Assembly: GCA_965216755.1 (NCBI GenBank)
Contig: CBDCGL010000011.1
Location: 1,280,001 to 1,344,000 of the forward strand
Direction of reading: 5' to 3'
Length of the DNA: 64,000 nucleotides
From: Alphaproteobacteria bacterium
GTDB lineage: Bacteria; Pseudomonadota; Alphaproteobacteria; UBA7887
Every line of letters begins with the position of its first letter. Positions within the stretch are counted from its first letter, which is position 1. A program made the position numbers and the translations under genes. Below the pieces are notes generated by a model. The model worked only from the letters and a program-made list of their open reading frames with translations, searched no databases and was not told where the DNA came from. Below, in pieces: positions 39,728-49,195 of the stretch.

Positions 39728-39977
39728 CTATTATCTCCTTGCGAAGCTCTCTGGCGATTTCGAACCACTTCCTGCTAGCATGTTGCCCGCCTGCCGGGCT
39801 GTCAAACACGACAGCGCGGGGTCATTGGTGGCTCGGTCAGATGCTCGGGTGCCCCTTCGCGGGGTACCTTCATCTCCTATATGCGTCCCCAATTGTTACG
39901 CGGTCCGGGGCTTTAAGATCCGGTGGAGTCTGTAGTGCAAGCAGCGAGTCACGCAGTCAAAAAGGGCTGTTTTGCCG

Positions 39978-41195
39978 ATGGATAGTCAACAAATCGCGTT
40001 CGTCGGGATTATGGCGGCGATCGCCGTCATCGCACTGCTGGCATTCTTTATTTTGTTGATTGCGAGAGCATCCGTTGCACGCCACAGCTCGGGAAATGGC
40101 GTTCGCCTCGTCTATCAGCCCCGCTGGTACGAGTTCGTCCTGGCGCTGTTGGTCCTAGCCGTGGTCGCGGGTGGCCTAATTTGGCAGGTGCCGCTTTGGG
40201 AACGCGCGCCGGCCCCGGAAGCGTCTGATAGCAGCGAGATCGCTGGCGCGAACGAAACCGAGGCCGCCGCGTCAGATATCGACGAAACAAATGGCACCGG
40301 AAGCGACGCGGCTGCGCCACCGGACCGCGCCGATGTCTCGCCGGACCTGGGCGATGGTCAGGCGGATGGCCGCGAAGGTGCATTCGTGACGGTCATGCTG
40401 ATCGCCGCAGCTGTCGGATTCATTGCGTTTGTTGTGTTTCTGTTTGGCCATGGCCTCAATTCCGGACGCCCGTCGGGTGTCGCCGCATCTGGCACCGCGG
40501 ACCATGCGACGGTCACCGACGCGGTAGCGCGCGACACTGTCGAGGCGCCATCGACCGCACGCTTGCTCGGTTTGCTGGCGTTCGTTCTTTTGGTTCTTTT
40601 GGTCGGTTGGGCATATTTGGACCCGATCCAACGCAACGATCTCGTCGAAAATCTGATTTATCCGGCCGCCATGGCCGTGACCCTTGTTTTATTGTTCGAT
40701 AAGGCCAGCCGGGAATGGGTCACCAAAGGCGCGGCGGAAACAGTTCGTGAGTGGCTATTTTGCGATGCTCTAGCTGTGTTTCTGCTGCTCGGCTACCTCA
40801 ACTTGCGCCAATGGCAACCGGCAGAAGAACAAGCCTATGCGGCGATGTTTTGGGACATCGTCTATATCGCGACATTGTATTTTACGTTTTGGCTTGTTGA
40901 TCGGAAGCACACCACACTCCGTTTTCTGTTTGCCTATGGATTTATCGTTCTGGCGCCAGTGCTGCTTTTGATATGGCGACATGCGCACGATGTGTCGGGG
41001 ATGGCCGCAACATCCTGGTGGGAAACAATTTGGCCTTGCTTCCTGCTCACGGTTTTGTTTTTCGTATTTGAGATCGTTCTGATCATTGCGTCTCGCGAAA
41101 CCCCGCGACATGGCGTCGGTGCAGTGAAGGACTTGGTATTTTTCATCATGTACGGCGTCTTGCTGTTGATCGCTATTCCGGAGGCGGCCGCATGA
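39978..41195 (+). CDS. Polytopic membrane protein of unknown function
   Basis: About 10 hydrophobic helices with an acidic low-complexity loop; ATGA overlap with the amidase gene. Confidence 0.7.
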   Translation: MDSQQIAFVGIMAAIAVIALLAFFILLIARASVARHSSGNGVRLVYQPRWYEFVLALLVLAVVAGGLIWQVPLWERAPAPEASDSSEIAGANETEAAASDIDETNGTGSDAAAPPDRADVSPDLGDGQADGREGAFVTVMLIAAAVGFIAFVVFLFGHGLNSGRPSGVAASGTADHATVTDAVARDTVEAPSTARLLGLLAFVLLVLLVGWAYLDPIQRNDLVENLIYPAAMAVTLVLLFDKASREWVTKGAAETVREWLFCDALAVFLLLGYLNLRQWQPAEEQAYAAMFWDIVYIATLYFTFWLVDRKHTTLRFLFAYGFIVLAPVLLLIWRHAHDVSGMAATSWWETIWPCFLLTVLFFVFEIVLIIASRETPRHGVGAVKDLVFFIMYGVLLLIAIPEAAA

Positions 41196-42619
41196 CGGCA
41201 AGTGACCTGACTGAGGTTGATATCAGTACGTTATCTTTGCTGATCAGCCGGCGCGATATTTCGCCCGTCGCCCTTGTCGAAGCTTACTTGTCAAAGATTG
41301 ATCGCCGCAACCCGGCGCTGAACGCCTACATTTCAGTTTATCCTGAACAAGCGCATGAAGCCGCCACGATCGCTGAAAACGAAATCGCCGCCGGCGACTG
41401 GCGCGGCCCATTGCACGGCGTGCCGTTAGCAATAAAGGATCTCTACCAAGTCAGCGGAATGCGCCGGACCTGCGGCTCGCGCCTGATTGACGAACCACCG
41501 TCGGTAGAAGACTCAACCAGCGTCGCACGGCTACGAAACGCCGGCGCGATCATTCTCGGCATGGCAAACTTGCACGAGTTCGCGTTTGGACCAACCGGCG
41601 TCAATGATCAATTCGGGTCGGCGCGCAATCCTTGGAATCCGGACCTATGTTGCGGCGGGTCGAGCTCTGGCTCCGCGTGCGCCGTCGCCGGCGGCCTAGC
41701 GGCCGGCGCGCTCGGCACGGACACCGGCGGTTCGATCCGTATTCCGGCCGCGCTGTGCGGTTGCGTTGGCCTGAAACAGTCTTACGGACTCGCAAGCCGG
41801 CATGGCATTTATCCGGTCAGCGCGTTGTTTGACCATGGCGGTCCCATCACGCGAACGGTCGGCGACGCGGCGATTATGCTTGATGCCATTGCCGGGGCGG
41901 ATCCTCGGGACCCGACCACAGCCGCGGCGCGCGTGGATGACTATGAACCCGAACTGGACCGTGGCGTTAGGGGGCTCCGAATTGGCGTGCCGCACGCGTT
42001 CTTTTTCGATTCGCTACATAACGAGGTGGGCGACGCCGTCAACAGCGCGCTGACTCTGCTCAGCGATCTAGGCGCTGACGTCGTGGAAGTCGGGCTGCCG
42101 GTGGACTGCGACCAGGTTGAACGCGCATGGGACATCATTGCTTTGGCCGACGCCTACGCCGTGCACGAACAGCACGTTCGCGATGGCAGCGAGATGCTTT
42201 CGCGAGATGTGCGGGCGCGCTTGTTGCGCGGGCGCGACATGCAGCCAGTCGATATCGCTGAGGCAAAGTCGGTGCGGTTGAAGGTGATAGCGGCCATGAA
42301 GGATTTCATGCATTCGGTTGACGTCCTAGCCATGCCGACAAGCCCGATCCCGGCGGTCTCGCTTTCGGATCGGACGATTGAAATCGACGGAGAATCCATT
42401 CGCGCCGCCACCGTGCTGGGCCGCTTGACCCGTTTCGCGGCCTTTACCGGCCAACCGGCGATCTCGGTTCCCTGTGGCTTTACTGGCGACGGTCGGCCAA
42501 TCGGTTTGCAGATGATCGGTGACTGGTTCGCCGAATCCTTTGTTCTAAGGACCGCGCGCGCCTATGAAAACGCAACTGATTGGCATATCCGCCGACCACC
42601 GCTGGATCCGGCCCCTTAG
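41192..42619 (+). CDS. Amidase signature family enzyme
   Basis: PLAIKD, GGSSSGS and GTDTGGSIRIPA motifs. Confidence 0.93.
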   Translation: MTASDLTEVDISTLSLLISRRDISPVALVEAYLSKIDRRNPALNAYISVYPEQAHEAATIAENEIAAGDWRGPLHGVPLAIKDLYQVSGMRRTCGSRLIDEPPSVEDSTSVARLRNAGAIILGMANLHEFAFGPTGVNDQFGSARNPWNPDLCCGGSSSGSACAVAGGLAAGALGTDTGGSIRIPAALCGCVGLKQSYGLASRHGIYPVSALFDHGGPITRTVGDAAIMLDAIAGADPRDPTTAAARVDDYEPELDRGVRGLRIGVPHAFFFDSLHNEVGDAVNSALTLLSDLGADVVEVGLPVDCDQVERAWDIIALADAYAVHEQHVRDGSEMLSRDVRARLLRGRDMQPVDIAEAKSVRLKVIAAMKDFMHSVDVLAMPTSPIPAVSLSDRTIEIDGESIRAATVLGRLTRFAAFTGQPAISVPCGFTGDGRPIGLQMIGDWFAESFVLRTARAYENATDWHIRRPPLDPAP

Positions 42620-42743
42620 GCGACGTGTTGAAGATGGCTGGATTTAGGTCGGTGGACGCCATATGGTATGCGGCATGCGCGAATATCGCGCGCGTGCCTG
42701 GCGCTGACCATGTGCATAGATTTGAACTTGGGACAAATGTGTT

Positions 42744-43223
42744 ATGAGCGGATGGCAGTGGTTTTGGACGCTTGTGGGTTTTCTTGCCTACATCGCCATA
42801 GCGATTTTTCTGTATTTCTACGTGCCGTTCGCAGAACTTTTCAAGCTCATTGTTTATGGCATAACTTTTGACAACATAATCTTTTGGACTGCGTTGATCA
42901 CCGGAATCGTTGGGTTTTGTGCCTACCACTGGCGCGCCTATCGTGTGCATATCGTGCAACATGGCAATGTCGAGTCGATCGTTTTCGCATCACTTCGCGG
43001 CTCGACTTTCGTCGCGATCTTGTTGACCGCGGGCGCCGCATTGCAGGCCGTGCAAAGCCTTTGTATCAGCTTGTTGCGCCACGGCTATTCGGCGGACTCC
43101 GGCTTTGGCGGTCACTTGGCCGCAATTATCGCTTTGGTTCTGCTCACCGCTGTGTTCTGCATAATTTTTTGGCTGCTCAAGGTCGCGCGACCGGACAGCG
43201 CCCAGCGCCAACAAATCGGTTGA
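42744..43223 (+). CDS. 4-TM hypothetical protein (paralog of 56716..57243)
   Basis: FLYFY.PF, DNIIFW, HW and GAALQA motifs shared with the paralog. Confidence 0.8.
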   Translation: MSGWQWFWTLVGFLAYIAIAIFLYFYVPFAELFKLIVYGITFDNIIFWTALITGIVGFCAYHWRAYRVHIVQHGNVESIVFASLRGSTFVAILLTAGAALQAVQSLCISLLRHGYSADSGFGGHLAAIIALVLLTAVFCIIFWLLKVARPDSAQRQQIG

Positions 43224-43249
43224 CCGGACCCGGCTGGCTGCTTGGTCGC

Positions 43250-44734
43250 CTACTCAGCCGCCAACTTTCTCGAGGCGCCGTATCCACGCTCCGACGTTTG
43301 CCCCAGCACCCCTTGGGACGCGGCAGCTCGGGCCATCGGCTCGTATATACCGCCATAGGGCCCGCGCTTGACAAACGCACCATCACCAGGCCGGCCGACA
43401 TATTCGCCCCGGTCGATCACCACCTTGCCGCGGCTGATAACGGTTTCCGTTATCCCCCGCACCGGAAAGCCTTCGAAAGCATTATAGTCGATGTTCATAT
43501 GGTGGGTTTTGGCGTTGTAGTAGCTGATCGTTTCTTCTTGGTCGGGGTCGAAAATCACAATATCTGCATCGCTCCCCACCGCGATGGTCCCCTTTCTGGG
43601 GAACAAGCCGAATATCTTGGCGGGGCCGGTTGAGGTCAGTTCAACGAATTTGTTAAGCGAGATCCGTCCCTGATTGACTCCATAGTGATAGATCAAACTC
43701 ATCCGGTTTTCGATCCCCGGACCACCATTGGGAATCTTGCTGAAATCGTCTTTGCCAAGCTCCTTTTGCTCTTTCAAGCAAAACGGACAGTGATCGGTGG
43801 AGATAACGCTCAGATCACCGGTTCGCAGCCCGGACCACAGCTCATCCTGATTCCATTTTTCACGCAATGGCGGCGTCAGGACATATTTGGCGCCGTCAAA
43901 TCCAGGTTCGTCATATGCATCCACGTCCAAGAGCAAATATTGCGGACAGGTCTCGGCGTGCGCCATAACGCCCCGGGCTTGCGCGTCCCTGAGTTCCTTA
44001 AGTGAGTCGTAGGCGCTGAGATGCACGATATAGATCGGCGCCCGGGCAACTTCGGCAATGGCAAGGGCGCGGTGGGTGCCTTCGGCTTCAAGCCGCGTAG
44101 GCCGGGTGTAGGCGTGGTATTTGGGTTCGATATGACCCTCAGATAGGGCGATTTTCACGAGTTCATCGATGACAATGCCGTTTTCGGCATGCATGCACAC
44201 CAACGTGCCATCCTCTCCCGCCTTACGCATGGCCCGAAATATCGTCCCGTCGTCCGACAGCAGAACGCCAGGATATGCCATGAACAGCTTGTAACTGGTG
44301 ACGCCTTCGTCAGCGAGACGTCGCATCTCCGGCACGCGCTCGTTGGGCATGTCGGTAATGATCATGTGAAAGGCATAGTCGATCGCGGTCGTCCCAGCGG
44401 CTTTGGCGTGCCATTTGTCGAGGGTTTCTATGGTCGAGTGGCCTTTCGGCTGCATTGCAAAATCGATTATGCAGGTCGTACCGCCATAGGCTGCGGCGCG
44501 GGTACCCGTTTCGAACGTGTCGGAGGTTTCCGTGCCCCCGAACGGCATTTCCAGGTGTGTATGGGGGTCAACGCCACCCGGAAAGACAAGCTTGCCCGAG
44601 GCATCGATGATCCGATCTGCTTCAATCACGAGATCTTTGCCGATCAACGTGACCGTCGAATCGTTGATGAAGATGTCGGCGGTATAGTCATCGACCGCGG
44701 TTACCACGCGGCCGTTCTTTATCAACACGCTCAT
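43250..44734 (-). CDS. hydA: Dihydropyrimidinase / D-hydantoinase
   Basis: PGGVDPHTH, SYKLFMAY, HAENG, ETCPQYL and STDHCPF motifs. Confidence 0.95.
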   Translation of the reverse strand: MSVLIKNGRVVTAVDDYTADIFINDSTVTLIGKDLVIEADRIIDASGKLVFPGGVDPHTHLEMPFGGTETSDTFETGTRAAAYGGTTCIIDFAMQPKGHSTIETLDKWHAKAAGTTAIDYAFHMIITDMPNERVPEMRRLADEGVTSYKLFMAYPGVLLSDDGTIFRAMRKAGEDGTLVCMHAENGIVIDELVKIALSEGHIEPKYHAYTRPTRLEAEGTHRALAIAEVARAPIYIVHLSAYDSLKELRDAQARGVMAHAETCPQYLLLDVDAYDEPGFDGAKYVLTPPLREKWNQDELWSGLRTGDLSVISTDHCPFCLKEQKELGKDDFSKIPNGGPGIENRMSLIYHYGVNQGRISLNKFVELTSTGPAKIFGLFPRKGTIAVGSDADIVIFDPDQEETISYYNAKTHHMNIDYNAFEGFPVRGITETVISRGKVVIDRGEYVGRPGDGAFVKRGPYGGIYEPMARAAASQGVLGQTSERGYGASRKLAAE

Positions 44735-44910
44735 CGTGGCCTCCGCCTAGGGCTTTTGGGTTCAAATACAGCCGCCTGCATTGTAGTATCAGAATCTGAA
44801 TGGGTGAAGAAAGCGAATGTGCTGAGGCACGCTAGTAAGATCGCATATGGCCACGTGGGTCTAGATCTACGTGTGCAAAGATCGAAAACCCGGGAGGATG
44901 GAGGAACGCG

Positions 44911-46200
44911 ATGCCGGCCAAGAGTTCAAGTCCGTCAGCAAAGAAAACCAACGCTGGAGTGACACGCCGCCGCTTTATGGGAACCACAGCCGGCGCTGTC
45001 GCTGCAGCTACGACAATCAGTGGGTTTCCCTATATCGCGCGCGCGCAAGATCCTCTGCGCACGGTTGGTTTGGGTGTAAGCGTCATCAACGAGATTCAAG
45101 GGCAAGCGTCGAGCGATCTTGGCATGGACGTGCGCGGGCAGGCCCTCGGCTATGGCGCGATGTTCGGTAAGATGCTGAACCAAAACGATCAATACGAGAT
45201 CGCCGAAGGCTACTTCAATGACATGGATGTGTTTATTCCGGCGAAAGTTTGGCAGCCGATTGACACGACGCGGATAACCGAATGGGACAAAGTCAGCGAT
45301 CTGAGCAAGACGGGGCGTCTCACTCCAGATTCGAATCCGGGACAAGGCGATGCACCGTTTCGCCACCTGTGGCTGGATGAGAATGGCGACCGGGTCGAAG
45401 GTCCATCGCGTTACATTTCCATGGTGCCCGGTTGGCACAACGCAGACTCGATCGGCTACAACCCAGACGATACGGGGCGCAAAATCGAAAGCTGGGCAGA
45501 ACTGTTCAGTGAGGATTTTGCCGGTGCCGTCGCGCTGTTGAACGTGCCGCAAATTGGCGTCATGGACGCCGCCATGGGAATTGAAGCTTTGGGTCTGCGC
45601 ACTTTTGGCGACAAGGGCAACATGAACCGCGAGGAAATCGACTTCCTGATTGATTTCTTGATCGAGAAGAAAAACGAGGGGCACTTCCGCGCGTTTTGGG
45701 AGACCTTCGGGCAATCGGTCAATCTGATGGTTAGCGGTGAAGTGGTGTTGGAAAGCATGTGGTCGCCCGCTGTCACCGCCGTCAAAGCAGAAGGCGTACG
45801 ATGCGTGTACGCCTCGCCAAAGGAAGGCATGCGCGGTTGGCACGGCGGCTTGGCCATTTCCGCCCAAGTCACCGGCGCGGCCTTGGATCGGGCGTACGAA
45901 TATATCAACTGGTGGCTGTCGGGATGGCCCGGCGCTTTCGTAGCCCGCCAAGGCTACTACATGTCGGTGCCCGACAATGTGAAAGCACATCTGGAACCAG
46001 AGGAATGGGATTTTTGGTATCTCGGCAAACCTGCCGCGAAAGAACTACCCGATCCTTTCGGCACGATCATTGTCGAAGAAGGTGAAATTCGCGACGGCGG
46101 GTCGTATGAAGAACGGTTCCGCAATATTGCGGTGTGGAACTCGCTGATGGAAGAGAACGACTATCTGGTCAAACGCTGGACAGAGTTCCTTAGCGCTTAG
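44911..46200 (+). CDS. ABC transporter substrate-binding protein (PotD-like), Tat signal
   Basis: TRRRFM Tat motif; ESMWSP and PKEGMRGW motifs. Confidence 0.88.
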   Translation: MPAKSSSPSAKKTNAGVTRRRFMGTTAGAVAAATTISGFPYIARAQDPLRTVGLGVSVINEIQGQASSDLGMDVRGQALGYGAMFGKMLNQNDQYEIAEGYFNDMDVFIPAKVWQPIDTTRITEWDKVSDLSKTGRLTPDSNPGQGDAPFRHLWLDENGDRVEGPSRYISMVPGWHNADSIGYNPDDTGRKIESWAELFSEDFAGAVALLNVPQIGVMDAAMGIEALGLRTFGDKGNMNREEIDFLIDFLIEKKNEGHFRAFWETFGQSVNLMVSGEVVLESMWSPAVTAVKAEGVRCVYASPKEGMRGWHGGLAISAQVTGAALDRAYEYINWWLSGWPGAFVARQGYYMSVPDNVKAHLEPEEWDFWYLGKPAAKELPDPFGTIIVEEGEIRDGGSYEERFRNIAVWNSLMEENDYLVKRWTEFLSA

Positions 46201-46226
46201 CCTTGAAACCAATGTTGAGACTGTAC

Positions 46227-46253
46227 ACGGGCGGGGCCAATGGCTCCGCCCGT
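46227..46253 (+). terminator. Intergenic stem-loop after the binding-protein gene
   Basis: ACGGGCGGGGCC-AAT-GGCTCCGCCCGT. Confidence 0.5.
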
Positions 46254-46258
46254 CTTGC

Positions 46259-47242
46259 ATGATGGCGCAGGTCGAAAATATTCAGCATCCGGGTTTGATC
46301 GGTACCCAACCGCAGGCGCCTGAGCAGGCGATCCGACGCAAACAGATTCGGCGAGAAACTGGCTTCCCAACCGGCTGGCTTATTGCGCCTGCAACGCTGT
46401 GGCTTATCATTTTTTTGGTCATTCCCTTAGTCAGTATTATCGTCTTCAGTTTCTGGACCAGTACGGGCCACGGCATGGTACCGGAACTGACTCTTCAGCA
46501 TTACTACGATTTCTTCGTTGCCGAGGGGTTCTTCGATCCGGAAGCACGACAATTTCTTACACCATCCGTTTTCATTCGCACCCTGTGGGAGACCTTCCGG
46601 TTTACAGCCGAAGTGATGATCTTATGTCTGATTGTTGGCTATCCAATTGCATACTTTTTATCTATGCAGGTGCAGTCCTTTAAATGGCAAATGGCGTTGT
46701 TTTTGCTCGCCATGGTGCCGTTTTGGACAAGCTATCTGATCCGCGCGGTTGCATGGCTACCCATGCTGGGACGGCGCGGATTGCTCAACCAAGCTCTGGT
46801 CAATATCGGCATTCTCGATAAGCCGGCCACGTTCCTGCTCTATTCGGAATTCGGCTACACCATGGCGCTGGTGCAGCTCTATGTCGTGTTGTCCGTTGGA
46901 CCGATTTTCTTTTCACTGGCGAAGATCGACAAGAGCATACTGGAAGCCGCGCGCGATATGGGCGCGACGCCATTTCAGATCTTTCGTGAAATTATCGGGC
47001 CGCTGTCGCTGCCGGGTGTCGCAATCGGCATGATATTCATTTTTGTCATGTTGATGGGTGAGTTTGCCACGGCTGTGGTCGTCTATGGCGGCAAGACATC
47101 GACCACTGGCACGGTGATCCTCAACTATTATGCCATTGCCAACTATCCGTTTGCCGCAGTCAATGCCCTGATGCTGATGCTGGCGATGATGATGGGCGTG
47201 GTCATTATCCTGAAACTGGTCAATATTCGAAAAGAACTCTAA
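46259..47242 (+). CDS. ABC permease (PotB-like)
   Basis: GYPIAY, PFWTSYLIR and EAARDMGA (EAA) motifs. Confidence 0.92.
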   Translation: MMAQVENIQHPGLIGTQPQAPEQAIRRKQIRRETGFPTGWLIAPATLWLIIFLVIPLVSIIVFSFWTSTGHGMVPELTLQHYYDFFVAEGFFDPEARQFLTPSVFIRTLWETFRFTAEVMILCLIVGYPIAYFLSMQVQSFKWQMALFLLAMVPFWTSYLIRAVAWLPMLGRRGLLNQALVNIGILDKPATFLLYSEFGYTMALVQLYVVLSVGPIFFSLAKIDKSILEAARDMGATPFQIFREIIGPLSLPGVAIGMIFIFVMLMGEFATAVVVYGGKTSTTGTVILNYYAIANYPFAAVNALMLMLAMMMGVVIILKLVNIRKEL

Positions 47243-47252
47243 GGCGCGGACC

Positions 47253-48080
47253 ATGGCGAGATGGACGGCGGAACGGCGGCGCAAATTGGCGGTGAAGACG
47301 GGCTTCAGCGCTTATTACGTAATTTTTCTGTTGTTCATCTATGGCCCGATGATCGCCATGTTCATCTTGTCATTCCAAGGTGAACGTGGTGGCACCAGCT
47401 TCCCGATGCGTGGTACCAGTTTCCATTGGTGGCGCAAATTGATCGAGCCATCTACTGTCGGTGATCTACAAGGCGCGATGGGACGATCCTTGATATTGGC
47501 GTTGATCGTCATGGTGATCACCGCCCTGTTTGCTACCATGTTGGCGATGGCGTTTCGTAAGCGTTTCATCGGTTCGGGCGCGTTGTTTTATACGGTCCTC
47601 GCCGGTCTGATGATGCCGGGAATCCTGCTGAGCCTGGGCATGGCAACCTTCCTGAAACAGATCGGCATTCAGCCAGCCTGGTGGTCTTCGGGTCTGGGCG
47701 TGCATGTCGTCTGGACCCTGCCCTTTGGATTCTTGGTGATGATGGCGGTGTTCAATCGCTTTGATGCGACCCTCGAAGAAGCCGCGCGCGACATGGGTGC
47801 CGACGAGTGGACCGTGTTTAAGGAGATTACGCTGCCCTTGGTAACGCCTGGTATCGTCGCGGCAGGCTTGTTTGGTTTTACGCTATCTTACGACGAGTTT
47901 GCCCGCACAACGCTGTTGGCGGGTGAGTTCAACACCCTGCCACTCGATATCAATGCTTCGATGACACAACGAATCCGACCGACTCTTTTTGCCCTCGGCA
48001 CAGCTTCGACCTTGTTCTCGTTGGGAATGATCGGCCTATTCCTGATGGTCTATACGATACTCTACCGCCGATCTCACTAA
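47253..48080 (+). CDS. ABC permease (PotC-like)
   Basis: EEAARDMGA, FTLSYDEF and TLP motifs. Confidence 0.92.
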   Translation: MARWTAERRRKLAVKTGFSAYYVIFLLFIYGPMIAMFILSFQGERGGTSFPMRGTSFHWWRKLIEPSTVGDLQGAMGRSLILALIVMVITALFATMLAMAFRKRFIGSGALFYTVLAGLMMPGILLSLGMATFLKQIGIQPAWWSSGLGVHVVWTLPFGFLVMMAVFNRFDATLEEAARDMGADEWTVFKEITLPLVTPGIVAAGLFGFTLSYDEFARTTLLAGEFNTLPLDINASMTQRIRPTLFALGTASTLFSLGMIGLFLMVYTILYRRSH

Positions 48081-48097
48081 GAGGCGGTGCGGACGAC

Positions 48098-49186
48098 TCA
48101 TATCTGTTCCAGCAACGCCGCCGATTCCACCGACCAACAGATGGTCTCGACCTCGCCCAGGTCATAAACGCGGTCTGAGACGTTGCGGTGCTGTTCCACA
48201 TGTACATAGTGGTTTGGCGCCACTTCGAATACGTCGGTTTCGAGCGACCCCTTGAATTCCGTTGTCACGAATCGACCGGTGACGCTGTTCGCCATATCGC
48301 GCTGGGTGCCGGTGTGCATCAAATCCGCGCGAACCGAAAAATGCGCCCGATCGCCGATCGGCACATGGCGCACATCGGGCGGAACAGTGACATAGTACAG
48401 ATGTTCCCCTGACTCGACAAAGACGACGCTGCCGCTGCGGGATCGAATGATCCCTTCGAAGAGATTGTTATTGCCAATGAACTCGGCGACGAACTTGGTG
48501 CGTGGCCGTTCATAGATTTCTCGCGAGGTGCCGGTCTGTTGGATCCTGGCATCACTCATGACTATGACTTTGTCAGCCATTGACATGGCTTCTTCCTGGG
48601 AATGCGTGACCATGATGAAAGTCATATTGAGCTCGCGTTGAATGCGCTTGAGCTCGTAAATCATGGTATGCCGAAGGTTATAGTCCAGCGCCCCTAGCGG
48701 TTCGTCGAGCAAAAGGACCGTGGGCCGGCTAATGAGCGCGCGCGCAAGTGCGACACGTTGTTGTTGACCACCGCTCAAGTCATGTGGGCGACGGGTCGCC
48801 AACGGATCCAAACCAACCATTTCCAACATGTCCCAAACTGGCTTGGCGCGCTCGTCCTTTGATTGCCCCTGCATTTTGAGACTGAACTCGACGTTCTGAA
48901 AAACCGTGCGGTGCGGAAATAAGGCAAAGCTTTGAAACATCATCGAGGTATCGCGGTGCGACGGCGGCAAATCCGTAACATCCTGACCTGATATGATAAT
49001 TCGGCCGGCAGTGACTTCTTCTAGGCCACCGATCATGCGCAAGGTCGTCGTTTTTCCGCAGCCCGACGGTCCCAGCATGGCGACAAACTCGCCATGCGCG
49101 ATCTCGGCATTGAAATCAATGACCGCCCTAACGTGGCCATCAAACGTCTTGTCGACGCCCTCTAGAATGACATCGTAGTCGGCCAT
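48098..49186 (-). CDS. ABC ATP-binding protein (PotA-like)
   Basis: GPSGCGKTT, LSGGQQQR and LLLDEP motifs; TOBE-like C-terminus. Confidence 0.95.
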   Translation of the reverse strand: MADYDVILEGVDKTFDGHVRAVIDFNAEIAHGEFVAMLGPSGCGKTTTLRMIGGLEEVTAGRIIISGQDVTDLPPSHRDTSMMFQSFALFPHRTVFQNVEFSLKMQGQSKDERAKPVWDMLEMVGLDPLATRRPHDLSGGQQQRVALARALISRPTVLLLDEPLGALDYNLRHTMIYELKRIQRELNMTFIMVTHSQEEAMSMADKVIVMSDARIQQTGTSREIYERPRTKFVAEFIGNNNLFEGIIRSRSGSVVFVESGEHLYYVTVPPDVRHVPIGDRAHFSVRADLMHTGTQRDMANSVTGRFVTTEFKGSLETDVFEVAPNHYVHVEQHRNVSDRVYDLGEVETICWSVESAALLEQI

Positions 49187-49195
49187 GCCTCGCGC

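Noticed and set aside
41192-42619. gatA
   Set aside because: No gatB/gatC is adjacent; it is a generic amidase signature enzyme in a catabolic context.
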